Shown one piece after another: positions 20,390-30,520 of a stretch of 64,000 nucleotides of DNA; the first letter of the stretch is position 1, and each line of letters starts with the position of its first letter. The translations under genes were made by a program, and so were the position numbers. Origin of the DNA: Pelagomonas calceolata (lineage: Eukaryota); NCBI GenBank assembly GCA_918797485.1, contig CAKKNE010000006.1:2170001-2234000 (forward strand), in the 5' to 3' direction. The notes under the pieces were generated by a model that saw only the letters and a list, made by a program, of their open reading frames with translations, did not search any database and had not been told where the DNA came from.

Positions 20390-20996
20390 TTGTGTGTAGC
20401 AGCCGCGGCCGTGTAGAGACCGGCGTCATCGGGGCGGTTTCGCGCAGGTGCGTCTCGGCCGGCCGACGCGGCGCGCCGTCGTTGGAGTGCGCGTGCTGCC
20501 AGGTGTGTGTGGAGCGTCCGTTCGATCGCTAACGGCCGCGGCGCCGCAGGAGTTCGGGCGGCGGCAAACGAGGGTCCTAGTGATTGGAGCTGTTGGGCAC
20601 TGGTAGCCACCGGTCGGCATCGCGCTCGACATCTCTGCACAGCGGTGGTCTTTTAGCACTGCCCAGCTGTATGGAAAGGGCCCGAGGCGTGCTGATTTGC
20701 CAAAAACGCCGAGCGCTGAGCGGTTGGAGGAAAACCCGAATTGATTTGTTCGTTCGAAACCATCTCAATAATGAGTGTACAAGAGTGTTCTCAGCGCCGT
20801 CAGAGCGTGGCACCGCCGGAGAAAACCCGCATTCTCAGCCAAGCTTGCAAAAAGACTGCGCGGCATTGTCCATATCACAGCCGCGGTGTGCCCGCACGGC
20901 TGGTGTAGTAGTGCTACGTGTCGCACTGCTGCCACCACAACAGCTGGCGAGCCCTGCGCTGCCTACGAGCAGCACAGGCAGCAGGGCAGCTATAGC

Positions 20997-23900
20997 ATGA
21001 AGACCAAACCAGGCGGACGCGCAGCGAGAACCGACCTGCCACCCGACATTCCGGAAGAGCTCAAGGCACTAGATGACGCCGCGTTACTAGATGCACTAGA
21101 AACGCAGCCGCCGGCCGTCGCGACGCGCGCGCTGCACGAGCGATTAAGGAAGAAACCGGCGCCCTCGGACGCGTTCAAGAGTGGCGCGCGCGTCTTGCTC
21201 GCGCGCATCGTCTTCCGCACGCCGTCGTCGAGTGCGGCGACGGCCGCCGCGGCTTATGGATTTTCCGGACCCGACGGCGCGCTCTTGCTCGAAGCGTTGC
21301 GAGGCGCGCTCGAGAAAACATCATCGACCAATGCGTTTACGAACGCGGCGGCTCGAGCCTTGGTCGCTACTGATTCTGAAGCGTACAAACGCGAGGAGTG
21401 GCCGCTGTCCGCGAAAGTCGCGCTCGTCCACGCCGCCGCCAAGACGCTGAAACATACGGAAGCCGCTTCAAAAATCTGCGCGGACGCTTCTAGAACTGCG
21501 GACGACGATGTCACAAGGGCCGCGGCGCTCGACGCGCTCACGGCGCTGGCGAAGCGCTCGAAATCATGCCGCGGTATCGCATCACAAGCGGCCGCCGATT
21601 CATTAAGGCGGCCCCTGGACCGGCGGCGGTTTGCCGCCGCCGTGGCCTGCTTGAAGATTTGCGGTTCGTCAAATGTGACCGCAGCATTAAAGACGGCGAA
21701 CGACCCCGACGCGTGCCTCAGAGGCCGCTGCGCCGCTCTAGAAGCGGCGCTGCCTTCGTTACAAGCGCCGCCATCGACTATGTGGGTTGATTTAGTTGAG
21801 CCGGGATTAACTGGAGACGCGGGGTCGAGACGAGCGGCCGTGGACCTCGCCTCAACAGCTTCGAACACCTTCGGCTTCGAGAGCTCGGGCGCGCTGCAGT
21901 GTTTGGTGCAGTCATTAGCCTCGTCCAAACAAGGCGTCGACGAGCTGTGCCTCAAGCTCTTGGATTGTGAGGATCATGATAGGAGGTGCTCATCGTTAGC
22001 CGCGGAGCTGCTTCTCGGGGCGCCGCCTTCCTGTAGAGTCCGGGCCTGCCGCGCGGCGTTGCAAGCGCGGTCGCAGTCGACGCACGCTTCGAAGCTGCTC
22101 GACGACGACGCGTTACGTGAAGCTTTGATGGATGCCGACGACGCGTGCCGCGCGGCGGCCGTCGAGGTGCTGGGGAGGCGCTCGTCCGATCCAAGGCGCC
22201 TGGCGGCGTTTTTTGATGATGCGCCGCTCGAGAAAGCGCTGAAATGTGCGGCGCGGCGCTTAGCGCGGAGTTCAGCAGCTCTAGAATTGGGCGAACTCGC
22301 GTGTCGTGCCTTGGGCGATGCCAGTACGGAGGCGAACGCGTCATCAGTGCTCGAGGGCTTGTCCGACGGCCCCCACGCCGTGGAATTAGTGGAAAGATGC
22401 CGTTCTTCACTATTAGAAGCTTTGCGGACGTCGCGCTGGGACCGACGGCGGCGCGTCTACTACGACTTACTGAAACTAGGCCCACCGATCAAGGAAGACC
22501 ATGATGAGGACTTCTCCGACGGTTCTGCAAGGCTGACCGCTTTGTCTGGAGATTTGAGCCTCGCGTCGAAAGCAGAGGCGACCATAAAATCGCCTTATCT
22601 AGGAGCGCTTTCGCTCCTAGCGGACCAATTGGACGACTCAAGCGCTCTCAGTGCCGCCGGCGCCGCCGCGCGAGATTTAAGGTTGTGGGGTGCCCAGCTG
22701 CCGGCCGAAGATGGCCATGAAGACTCGTCTGATGAGGAGGGCGAGTCCGACGCGTGGCACGGCTGCCGGAACGCCTGCGCGTTGGCAGCTTCTGTAGCGC
22801 GCCACGCCCCTACTATGATTGGCGACGCGGCCCTTGAGCTACTATTGAGGACGCGCCACACGGGCGCCATCAACGGGGGCGAGAGTGTCCTAAGGGCGGC
22901 GTCCTTGTCAGGCACGGACGAGGATCGAAGGAGGTGGCTCAAGACCGCGTTGACGTCGTGTCGGCGACCGGACGACCATTTATCGAGACGCCGGAGCGCC
23001 GGCCTCGGCGCGGCGCACGCCGCTTTGCTGGACACGGATCCCTCTCTCTCACAAAACGCGTGCAAGTTTCTGATTACCATCGCTTCCAATGGAGGAGCTA
23101 GAGACGCGAAGAGGGCGTTGAATGTTCTGGCGGCCGTCGCCGACCGCGCCTCGAATGCGTTGCGGCACGATTTGGGGAAGGCGCTGAGCGCCTCGCTGAC
23201 ACGCGCGGACGACGGCGACTGGGGGTGTCGAGGGGCGGCGGCGCTGTGCGCCGCCGCTTTGTTGAGACGTTTGTACCGCGACGAGCGGAGTCTTTTCGAC
23301 GGGGCGGAAGGCGACTTGCGGTCCTATACTCATATAAAGGAGGCCGTCGACGACGCTTTAGCACGGGAGGGCCCCATCGGCCGCACGATCGCGTTGCGTT
23401 GTATTCGTGGCTGCCGAGCGTCAAAACCATCGCAAGAGACGTGGCTCGCGTTACTCGGCGCGAGCGACCAGCGCGTCCGCGTCGCCGCCGCCGAGACGCT
23501 TTCTTCCTTGAACGAACCCTGGTGCACTCCATCACTACTGTGCGACGGCTTGTTACCTCAGAACGACCCCAATGGTGCCCACGGCCGCCTCCTGTGCTGC
23601 GCTTTACTCCCTCAAACAAATTCCACGGACGACGTCAAGAGTTTAATTAGATGCGCGTCGCGCCTCGCGCCCAAGAATGCCGATGAGGTCTGGTGCCCGC
23701 CCGTCCATCTGGTGGCGTGCGAGGCCTTGGCAAAGCACGCGCCGGCGACGCCGCGCCTGGCCGCGGCCGAGAACGCATGTATTGAGCGAATATTGGCGCG
23801 TGGCACACGCCCCGACACTTTACCAGGAGAGGGCCGCCTCGACGCGGCGCTCGCTATTAGAAGATGCGCGCGGTTAATTGGAGAGGACGCGAACGAGGCC

Positions 23901-24926
23901 CTCAAGCTGCTCGACGACGACGTCGCGGACCCCGTCGCCATTGGATTGCTGGGCGCGGCATCAAAAGCGTGCGGCATTGTCAGAGACGAGCGGTTTTTAG
24001 ATGATTTGGATCTGGACGAGGCTACGTGTGAAATTGGGGAGGGCCGCGTGCCGCCGTACGTCGTCCAGGCCGAGCTTCGGAGGCTCACGACGGCGTCTCC
24101 ATCAAGGCGCGCGGCGGCGCTGAAACTCGCGCTCGCGGCGGCGGCGTGCGGGAGCCTCCACGAGGCCGTCGTCGAGGTCGAGGTGCCTGCCGCCGTCGTC
24201 GAATCTTCCAGGAGGTGGCCCGAGGCCGCGCGCGCGGTCGTGGCGCAGCTCAGGGCGATCCTACAAAACGACCACGGGCCCGCGTTGTCGTGCTTCCGGG
24301 CCAACGGCGGCGTTCTATTGAGGCGGGGCGCCGCGCGCGCGTGTGCGCTGCTCCAGGACCCGCCTTCTTCAGTAATTCAGGCGTGCCTGGCCCTCGCGTG
24401 CGATTCTGATCGCGTCGTCCGGGCCAACGCGGCCGACGCGCTGGCGCCGGGGCTCAGTCCGGCGGCCGCCGTCGTTAGTGTGGCGGCGGAGTTCACGGGC
24501 GTCGTGCCCGTCAAGGCCAAGGCGCTGCTGGCGCGGCGCGCGGCGTTGATGAAGGCGCCGCCCGCGGCCGCGCCGCCGGGGCTCGTGGTCGACGCGCCGC
24601 CGCCGCCGCCCTCGCCGATCTCTCCGGCGACGCCCCCCAAGCGCGTTGGCTCCAACAGCAAGTTCCCGGCAGTTCCTGATCCCGAGACGGTCCGCGCGCC
24701 CGCGACGACGCCGCTCGCGTCGCCCCAGCGGGCGGCCGCGCCGCCGCCGCCGCCGTCGCCGACGACGCCGCGCAAGTCCGTGGACCTCCCCGGCTTCGCG
24801 CCCTCGAAGGCGGCGAAGCCCGTCGCGGCGACGCCCGACGCCAAGCCGCGCCGCAAGGTGTCCTCGCTCATCAAGCGCTTCGAGCGCAAGAAGGGCGCCG
24901 CGTCCCCGCCGGAAGCACCTAAGTGA
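20997..24926 (+). CDS. THADA: THADA/Trm732-like ARM-repeat protein with Pro-rich tail
   Basis: LLRTRHTGA, SRRRSAGL, ALNVL, DWGCRGAA resemble the DUF2428 region of THADA; start at MKTKPG. Confidence 0.7.
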   Translation: MKTKPGGRAARTDLPPDIPEELKALDDAALLDALETQPPAVATRALHERLRKKPAPSDAFKSGARVLLARIVFRTPSSSAATAAAAYGFSGPDGALLLEALRGALEKTSSTNAFTNAAARALVATDSEAYKREEWPLSAKVALVHAAAKTLKHTEAASKICADASRTADDDVTRAAALDALTALAKRSKSCRGIASQAAADSLRRPLDRRRFAAAVACLKICGSSNVTAALKTANDPDACLRGRCAALEAALPSLQAPPSTMWVDLVEPGLTGDAGSRRAAVDLASTASNTFGFESSGALQCLVQSLASSKQGVDELCLKLLDCEDHDRRCSSLAAELLLGAPPSCRVRACRAALQARSQSTHASKLLDDDALREALMDADDACRAAAVEVLGRRSSDPRRLAAFFDDAPLEKALKCAARRLARSSAALELGELACRALGDASTEANASSVLEGLSDGPHAVELVERCRSSLLEALRTSRWDRRRRVYYDLLKLGPPIKEDHDEDFSDGSARLTALSGDLSLASKAEATIKSPYLGALSLLADQLDDSSALSAAGAAARDLRLWGAQLPAEDGHEDSSDEEGESDAWHGCRNACALAASVARHAPTMIGDAALELLLRTRHTGAINGGESVLRAASLSGTDEDRRRWLKTALTSCRRPDDHLSRRRSAGLGAAHAALLDTDPSLSQNACKFLITIASNGGARDAKRALNVLAAVADRASNALRHDLGKALSASLTRADDGDWGCRGAAALCAAALLRRLYRDERSLFDGAEGDLRSYTHIKEAVDDALAREGPIGRTIALRCIRGCRASKPSQETWLALLGASDQRVRVAAAETLSSLNEPWCTPSLLCDGLLPQNDPNGAHGRLLCCALLPQTNSTDDVKSLIRCASRLAPKNADEVWCPPVHLVACEALAKHAPATPRLAAAENACIERILARGTRPDTLPGEGRLDAALAIRRCARLIGEDANEALKLLDDDVADPVAIGLLGAASKACGIVRDERFLDDLDLDEATCEIGEGRVPPYVVQAELRRLTTASPSRRAAALKLALAAAACGSLHEAVVEVEVPAAVVESSRRWPEAARAVVAQLRAILQNDHGPALSCFRANGGVLLRRGAARACALLQDPPSSVIQACLALACDSDRVVRANAADALAPGLSPAAAVVSVAAEFTGVVPVKAKALLARRAALMKAPPAAAPPGLVVDAPPPPPSPISPATPPKRVGSNSKFPAVPDPETVRAPATTPLASPQRAAAPPPPPSPTTPRKSVDLPGFAPSKAAKPVAATPDAKPRRKVSSLIKRFERKKGAASPPEAPK

Positions 24927-24976
24927 ATGTGACTCATCAACTTCATACGCCATCGCCGCGAATTCTAGAAGAATAC

Positions 24977-25789
24977 TTAGTCCCCGGCGGCCGCTCGAGC
25001 GGCCGCGGCAGCATCAGCGAGTGCGGCAGCCGGCGCCGGCGCCGGCACCACGGCCAAATAGTCGGGCCCGATGCGCGGCGCCGGCGGGGCCCTATACGGA
25101 CCGACGCACTGCTTCCGGAACTCGTTCAGCAGGGGATACACTTTCCGGAAGGCCTCGTGCAGTTGAGCTACGGATCTCGCCCCCGTCAAGACGATGCGCC
25201 CAGACACGAAGGTCAGGATCACCGTCTTCGGCTCGAGCAACCGATAGATCAGCCCCGGAAATAATTCAGGCTCGTAACTTGCATAAGTGTTGTGCGCGAA
25301 GGCCAACGCCTCCAACCGAATAGGGAAGCCCACGTTCACCGTCGCGACGACGTTCTGTAGTCTGAAACCAGTGAACTGGACCGGAAAACCAATTTTTGCT
25401 ATTATAGCGGCGTAGATCCGCGCGCCTCGCTTCGCGGCCGCTTCGGATTTCGCGCCGGTGCACACCAACTTGCCGCTCTGGAACACGAGAGCCGTACACC
25501 TAGGCTCCCGTAACCGCATCACGACCGCGGAGAACTTTCTTGGATTGTACTCGGCGTTGCGCGCATGCGTGGAAAGTTTTCTCAAATCCAAGGGTGTTTT
25601 CAGATTGACCGTGGCGACGACGTTCTGGACCTCCATCGTCGTCCTTTGTTGCAACATGGCCTTCGTCACCTCGTCGTCGTCTTCACCGGCCTCTAAGAGG
25701 GGGTCGGTTCTATTGGCTTCGTCCGTCGCCTGCTCGACGGTGGCCACCAGCGCGTCGTCGGCGGCGTCGTTCGCGGCGAGTTCGGCCAT
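24977..25789 (-). CDS. TBP: TATA-box binding protein (or TBP-like)
   Basis: QNVVATVNL, NAEYNPRKFSAVVMRLREP, SYEPELFPGLIYR, FVSGRIVLTGA. Confidence 0.97.
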   Translation of the reverse strand: MAELAANDAADDALVATVEQATDEANRTDPLLEAGEDDDEVTKAMLQQRTTMEVQNVVATVNLKTPLDLRKLSTHARNAEYNPRKFSAVVMRLREPRCTALVFQSGKLVCTGAKSEAAAKRGARIYAAIIAKIGFPVQFTGFRLQNVVATVNVGFPIRLEALAFAHNTYASYEPELFPGLIYRLLEPKTVILTFVSGRIVLTGARSVAQLHEAFRKVYPLLNEFRKQCVGPYRAPPAPRIGPDYLAVVPAPAPAAALADAAAAARAAAGD

Positions 25790-26719
25790 TTTGTTCTTTG
25801 TTTGCGTCGCGCGCTCGGCGCTGCACCGCAGCGCTGTGATGTTTGGCCTGTTGCGAGGGCGCTACGGCACCGGCGATTGTAAGCTCTCCCAGTCCGCTGC
25901 GGGCCGGCTCTGGGAAGTTGTACGACGCGCTCTTTGCGTGTGGTTACGCGTCTATAGACGTGTTTTGGTCGATTTGCGCCGGGGCCGCAAACTAGCGTGC
26001 ATAGAGACACTAGTGCGACGGAAAATCTGATTCTCGGCGGAGGTGTCTTGGAAGGCTCGTCAGAAGCCAGAATAGACTCTTGCGATTCTGTTGTCTGCAT
26101 TCGGCCGCGCCCAAAAGCTGAGTTTTGGCATAAGACGAGGCGCGAGGCAGCTGGCCACGCCGCTGCGCTGTGAAGTAAAGCACGGCGTCTAGGAAAGATT
26201 GTATTTGCGATTCGCTGCCCTCTACCTCCGAAACCGCCCCAGCGGGTGCGCTGAGGAGGCTGTACCGCAACCCTCACCGATTGGAGCCATTCTCTGCCGA
26301 GCGGCGCGGCGCGGGCTTGCGCGCTCTCTAACGGCGGCCCAATGCGCTGCTGCGCGCCGTGCGCTTCCGCCGGCGGGACTGGCGGCGGTACTGCTGGAAC
26401 CGCGGCGCGACCGGGTCGTGTTCCGCGCGTTCCGCTCAGTCAAAAGCCCAGCCCGAGCGTTGCGCCGCGGGCTCGCGCGCGCGCTGCTCCGGATGGCTCA
26501 CTCAAAAACGCCACCCGAACGGGGCGCCGCCGGCTTGTGATGCTCTCCGCGGCTCAAACCGCCTGAGGCGCCGCCGCCTCACTCAATTCCCGCCCTTGCG
26601 CCGCCGCCGATTGCTGTTGCCCCACGCGATGCCCCCCGCGCAGGTGAGAAGTCGACGCGACCGCTGCGCCGGTGACTTGAGTGCTAAACGTCGACGCCAC
26701 CGCGCCGACGACTTGAGAA

Positions 26720-27109
26720 ATGTGGGCCCTCGCAAGGAGGGCGCCGCGGCTCGCCGCAGCCGCCGCGCGGCCGCGCTGCGCCGCGCGGGCCTTGTCCGGC
26801 AGCGACGGCAAAATCCCCGAGGACATCAACCAGCAGGCGGGCCGGCGGCTCGAGGAGATGAAGTACGAGCTCGCCGGCGAGGGCGAGCTCTTCTCGCGGG
26901 ACCCCATCGTGCCGCCCGCCGACCAGGGCACGAAGGAGAACCCGATCCTCGTGCCGAGCGCCGAGCACGAGCGGGCCGTCGGCTACGAGGACCCCGACGC
27001 GGGGCAATTGGTCTGGTTCACGCTGACCAAGGGGCCGGTGCACTACGTGCCGGACATCGACCTCTACTTCAAGATGTTCCCTGTGGGCGACGGGTCCGGC
27101 GGGCACTGA
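26720..27109 (+). CDS. COX5B: Cytochrome c oxidase subunit 5b-like, mitochondrial
   Basis: Arg/Ala presequence; QQAGRRLEE, GTKENPILVPS..ERAVG, LVWFTL. Confidence 0.85.
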   Translation: MWALARRAPRLAAAAARPRCAARALSGSDGKIPEDINQQAGRRLEEMKYELAGEGELFSRDPIVPPADQGTKENPILVPSAEHERAVGYEDPDAGQLVWFTLTKGPVHYVPDIDLYFKMFPVGDGSGGH

Positions 27110-27507
27110 GCGCTTGGCGGCCGCGCTATTCTGCCGCGTCTGTCTCGGCGGCGGCGCGTCCCGCATTAATACATAGTCTAGATTACTCTCCTTTTGTGCG
27201 CGTCGGCGGCGCCGGGTGGGAGCGCTAGCGCGTCCTGGCTCTACGTCCTGGCCCGGGAATGGCACCCCGCGCGCGACCAGTAAACGCGACGCCGTCGCTC
27301 CGGTCTCTCTCTCCATTCGCCCTTTCTGCGGGTATATCGTTACGGTGATAGGACTAGTGGCGGAGCCTCTCTCGGCTAGTGCCTTACAGGGTCTAGCTGC
27401 TGTTCTTTGCCATCAGATTTAAGGCTGCCACGAAGCACCTCTGCCGGTGACGGCATCGATTTTGTAAGGAGTGTGCTGCCAGCTCTCTCGACGCCGCAGC
27501 AGATTCA

Positions 27508-28366
27508 ATGGCGCGACTCGTGTGGGCATGCAGCCTCGCACTCTGCGCAGGCTTCCAGCCGCCGCGCCTTACGCCGCCGCCGCGGCACACCATGCAGGCC
27601 GACGCGGCCAGCATCTTGGACAGCACGCTGTCGCTCGCCAACTCCGAGGAGTTTTTGGGGGGCATCGTCGGCTTCTTACCGCTCATCGCAAGACCCAGTG
27701 CGTAAATCATGACCTCACGCCATCGACGCGACGCCAGCTCGATGGCACGGCACACAGGCGATCCCCGGCGTGCTCGTCGGCATCCCGTTCCTCGTGTTCA
27801 ACCGCCTGAAAGACTTGGAAGGAGACGCCTACACGGAGACGGTCTTCACGGACAAGCAGCCTCCCCGGCGGCCCGGGGCCGAACCCGTCGTGCGAAAGAA
27901 GGACATCGACATGTCCTACGCGGAGCTCGAGCAAAAGTACGGCGAGGCGACGCTCTTCAAAGATGACGCGCCGCCGAAACCGCCGGTGAACGAGCCCTTC
28001 GCGCTGCCGGAATTGCCGTCGTTTCCGAGCTTCGGCGGCGACGCGCCCGCGCCGCCAAAATACGAGGCGCCACCTTCCCAACCGGAGGAGGAGTTCGCCC
28101 TCCCGGAGCTCAAGCTCCCTTCGTTACCATCCTTTCCGTCCTTCGGCGGCGGCGCCGCGGCGCCGCCGCCGCGATACGACGACGCGGCGCCGGCGCCGCC
28201 CGAGGAGGAGTTCAAGCTCCCCGAGATCTCCCTGCCGTCGTTCCCGAACCCGTTCGGCGGCGGCGCGCCGCCCGCGCGGGAGCCCGTCTTCGCCGACGAG
28301 GAGGAGGACGAGCCGGCGGCCGAGGAGCCGTTCAAGCTGCCCGAGGTGAAGTTTCCCTGGCAGTGA
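27508..28366 (+). CDS. Putative plastid-targeted single-TM protein with F-x-L-P repeats; exons 27508-27687 and 27758-28366 (262 aa)
   Basis: Signal + CAG-F transit motif; GC..AG intron removal gives the continuous hydrophobic stretch GIVGFLPLIAIPGVLVGIPFLVF; repeats FALPELPSFPSFGG. Confidence 0.75.
27688..27757 (+). mobile_element. Decayed introner-family intron (GC-AG, 70 nt)
   Basis: GCAAGACC vs GCGATCCC (5/8); ends CAGTGCGTAAATC..CACACAG; core CACGCCATCGACGCGACG..CAGCTCGATGGC shared with the 18077 element. Confidence 0.85.
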
Positions 28367-28509
28367 GGTCGCATTTCCGGCGCCGCGACGGCGTCGGGGC
28401 TAACCTTTGGTTTGGGAATACTTCTAGTACTAGTTCTAGAAACAGAATCCCCGAGTCGGGGGAGTTCGAGTTGCTATTGTGTTTGAGTCGGCAGCGTTGA
28501 TCCTGTGTT

Positions 28510-29670
28510 TTACGCTCCCCCCGGCGTCATCGCTTCCACCGCATCGCGGATGGCGCTCACGCCGCCGTCGCGGGCGGCGCGCACGGCTCGCGCCAGTTGC
28601 AGGCGGAGCTCAGTCGCCACTGTGAGGGGGTGCGCGCCACCAAGCACGCGCCGCACGGTCGGTTCCATGTCCTCAAACGTCGTCACCGCCTCGCGGAGAT
28701 CGTCGAGCGTGGCACCGTCGTCGCAGTAGAGCGACTGCGCGTAATTCACCCTCATTCTGAGCGTGAGCTCATTACTCTCTCCATGAACGCGTTGCGCCAC
28801 GGGCATCGTTTTGCGCAACAGTGCCTTGGCTTCTTTGAAGCGCTTTAGAGTCATAAGAGACGACCCGTAGTTAATAGCTGCAGCGAGGGTGTCCCTATGT
28901 TCCTCGCCCTTGAGCTTAAACCATCCAGAGTACATGTCTCGCCGCATGCACATGGCCTCTTCAAGCCGTCCGAGCTTTTGATACGAGTTCGCAATATTGG
29001 TCTGCATGATGAGGATGTCCTCTTTTGATGTGTCAAGGCGCAGCAGCGTAGCCAAATGGGCCTCTCTCACGGACAACGCCTCCTCGTTGTGATTTGCAGC
29101 GGCTAAACCGTTCCCAAGGTTCGTCATTGCGTAGCACCCAATCCAGTCCGTCTCTGGCCGCCCCAAGTACGTCTTCCAGCACGCCCATCCGAGTGCGCAC
29201 GCCACGACACCGTGGTATTGTTGCTCGCACAGGCTACAAGTGTGCCACCGCTCCCACTTATCGTTGTCCAAATTCCTCTCCTGGGCATCCGCGACCAAAA
29301 TCTTTGCCTGCTCCGCCAGGCACGACACGTGCACAAAGCCTGCTGTTCCACGGCACGAACACCCACGCACGAGACCCTCCTTCGTCTTCCAGTGGAGGGC
29401 CTGCGTGCAGATGAAGCACGTCTGGCCCTTGGTGTCCTCCGCGCACGCCTCCGCCGCGACCGTCACGGCCTCCGTGTATCTGTTATTTGCGTTGTATTGC
29501 TCAGCGCCACCAGCCTTTTTAATCTGTTTGCAGAGCTTGTCGTGGCCGCCCGATTCCCAGTGTTGTTTCTGGCATTCGGGCCCACAATAGCGTGTGCTGC
29601 AGCGGCCGCATTTCTTACCCAAGGTTAAGCCAAGCTCGGTGGCGCAGACGGCGCACTGCGTGAGGATCAT
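28510..29670 (-). CDS. MYND zinc finger + RING-CH-like + TPR-like protein (copy 1)
   Basis: CAVC..CGRCSTRYCGPECQKQHW..HDKLC; CFIC..CSCRGTAGFVHVSCL..CSLC; HPLT/HRDT kinesin-light-chain-type TPRs. Confidence 0.85.
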   Translation of the reverse strand: MILTQCAVCATELGLTLGKKCGRCSTRYCGPECQKQHWESGGHDKLCKQIKKAGGAEQYNANNRYTEAVTVAAEACAEDTKGQTCFICTQALHWKTKEGLVRGCSCRGTAGFVHVSCLAEQAKILVADAQERNLDNDKWERWHTCSLCEQQYHGVVACALGWACWKTYLGRPETDWIGCYAMTNLGNGLAAANHNEEALSVREAHLATLLRLDTSKEDILIMQTNIANSYQKLGRLEEAMCMRRDMYSGWFKLKGEEHRDTLAAAINYGSSLMTLKRFKEAKALLRKTMPVAQRVHGESNELTLRMRVNYAQSLYCDDGATLDDLREAVTTFEDMEPTVRRVLGGAHPLTVATELRLQLARAVRAARDGGVSAIRDAVEAMTPGGA

Positions 29671-29736
29671 CTTTTATGTTGTCGAAATGCTCGGGGGCAG
29701 CCCTACGAGCAAAAAGCCTCGCGCCCCGAATTTTTG

Positions 29737-29757
29737 CTAGTGCCTTACAGCCGCTAG
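29737..29757. promoter_or_regulatory. CTAG-N13-CTAG intergenic motif
   Basis: CTAGTGCCTTACAGCCGCTAG between divergent starts. Confidence 0.6.
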
Positions 29758-29856
29758 CTCAGCTAGAGAGCCTGAGCTTTGGATTTGGCTCTTTGGCAGC
29801 TCTCGCAGCCTTCAGACGCAGGCACGGTTTCAGGAGGACCGCCACAAACCGCTGCA

Positions 29857-30504
29857 ATGATGCCGCCATCGCTGCGCCTTCTCACACTCTGTGCCGCGAG
29901 CCAGGCCCTCAAGCCTGAGTTTCTCAAAGCGCCACAGCCCTCCCGGCGCGAGATCCTCAAAGCGCCTCTAGCTCTTGCAACCGTCGTCGCACTACCAGCG
30001 GTGGCGGCGGACACGAAGACCATCTCCGTGCCGGTAGGATCGTCCGCGAAGGACGGCTCGCCTCTCAGCAAGGCCACGTTCTCCGTGCCGGCCGACTGGG
30101 TCAAGCTGTCCGGCGATCCAGGTGGAGGGAGAAAGATGGAGCTCTACGCCGACCCGAACAACGCGGACACGAACGCCTTCGCACTCATCACCCCTGTAAG
30201 GGGAGACTATACCTCCCTAGGAAGTTTTGGTAGCGTGGAGGTTGTCCAGGACACGGTCATGCCCGCGGCGCCGGACATCACCTACGACGTCATCAAGTCG
30301 GAAGCCCAGACGGGCAAGTACGTCTATGAATACATCGTACAGGTGCCAGAACAGCCGAAGCGGCACCTGACGACGATCTTCATGGTCGTCTCGGACTGCA
30401 TCGTGACATTCAACTTCCAGGCCAAGCAATCGGACTACAACGGCGACGTTCCCGGTTTAGCGAAGACTGTGGCCGCGTCGTTCAAGACGGGTAAGGCATC
30501 TTAG
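29857..30504 (+). CDS. PsbP-domain thylakoid lumen protein
   Basis: Signal peptide, twin-Arg SRREIL..AVAA, FSVPADW, DYTSLGSFGS, YVYEYIV. Confidence 0.8.
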   Translation: MMPPSLRLLTLCAASQALKPEFLKAPQPSRREILKAPLALATVVALPAVAADTKTISVPVGSSAKDGSPLSKATFSVPADWVKLSGDPGGGRKMELYADPNNADTNAFALITPVRGDYTSLGSFGSVEVVQDTVMPAAPDITYDVIKSEAQTGKYVYEYIVQVPEQPKRHLTTIFMVVSDCIVTFNFQAKQSDYNGDVPGLAKTVAASFKTGKAS

Positions 30505-30520
30505 TCCTAAAGGGGGGGAA

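Noticed and set aside
20344..20447. Possible tiny introns near the 5' end of the 19964-20389 gene (CCCGCAG on minus; CCGGCGTC..TTCGCGCAG on plus)
   Set aside because: Only about 37-42 nt, no clear TSD, and not needed for the frame.
26340..26700. Possible extra small gene or 5'-UTR intron upstream of COX5B
   Set aside because: Splice-like words are present but I could not build a coherent model.
28421..28480. CTAG-rich stretch, TCCCCGAGTCGGGGGA hairpin and GTTCGA as a possible tRNA or TE end
   Set aside because: No cloverleaf and no partner end found.
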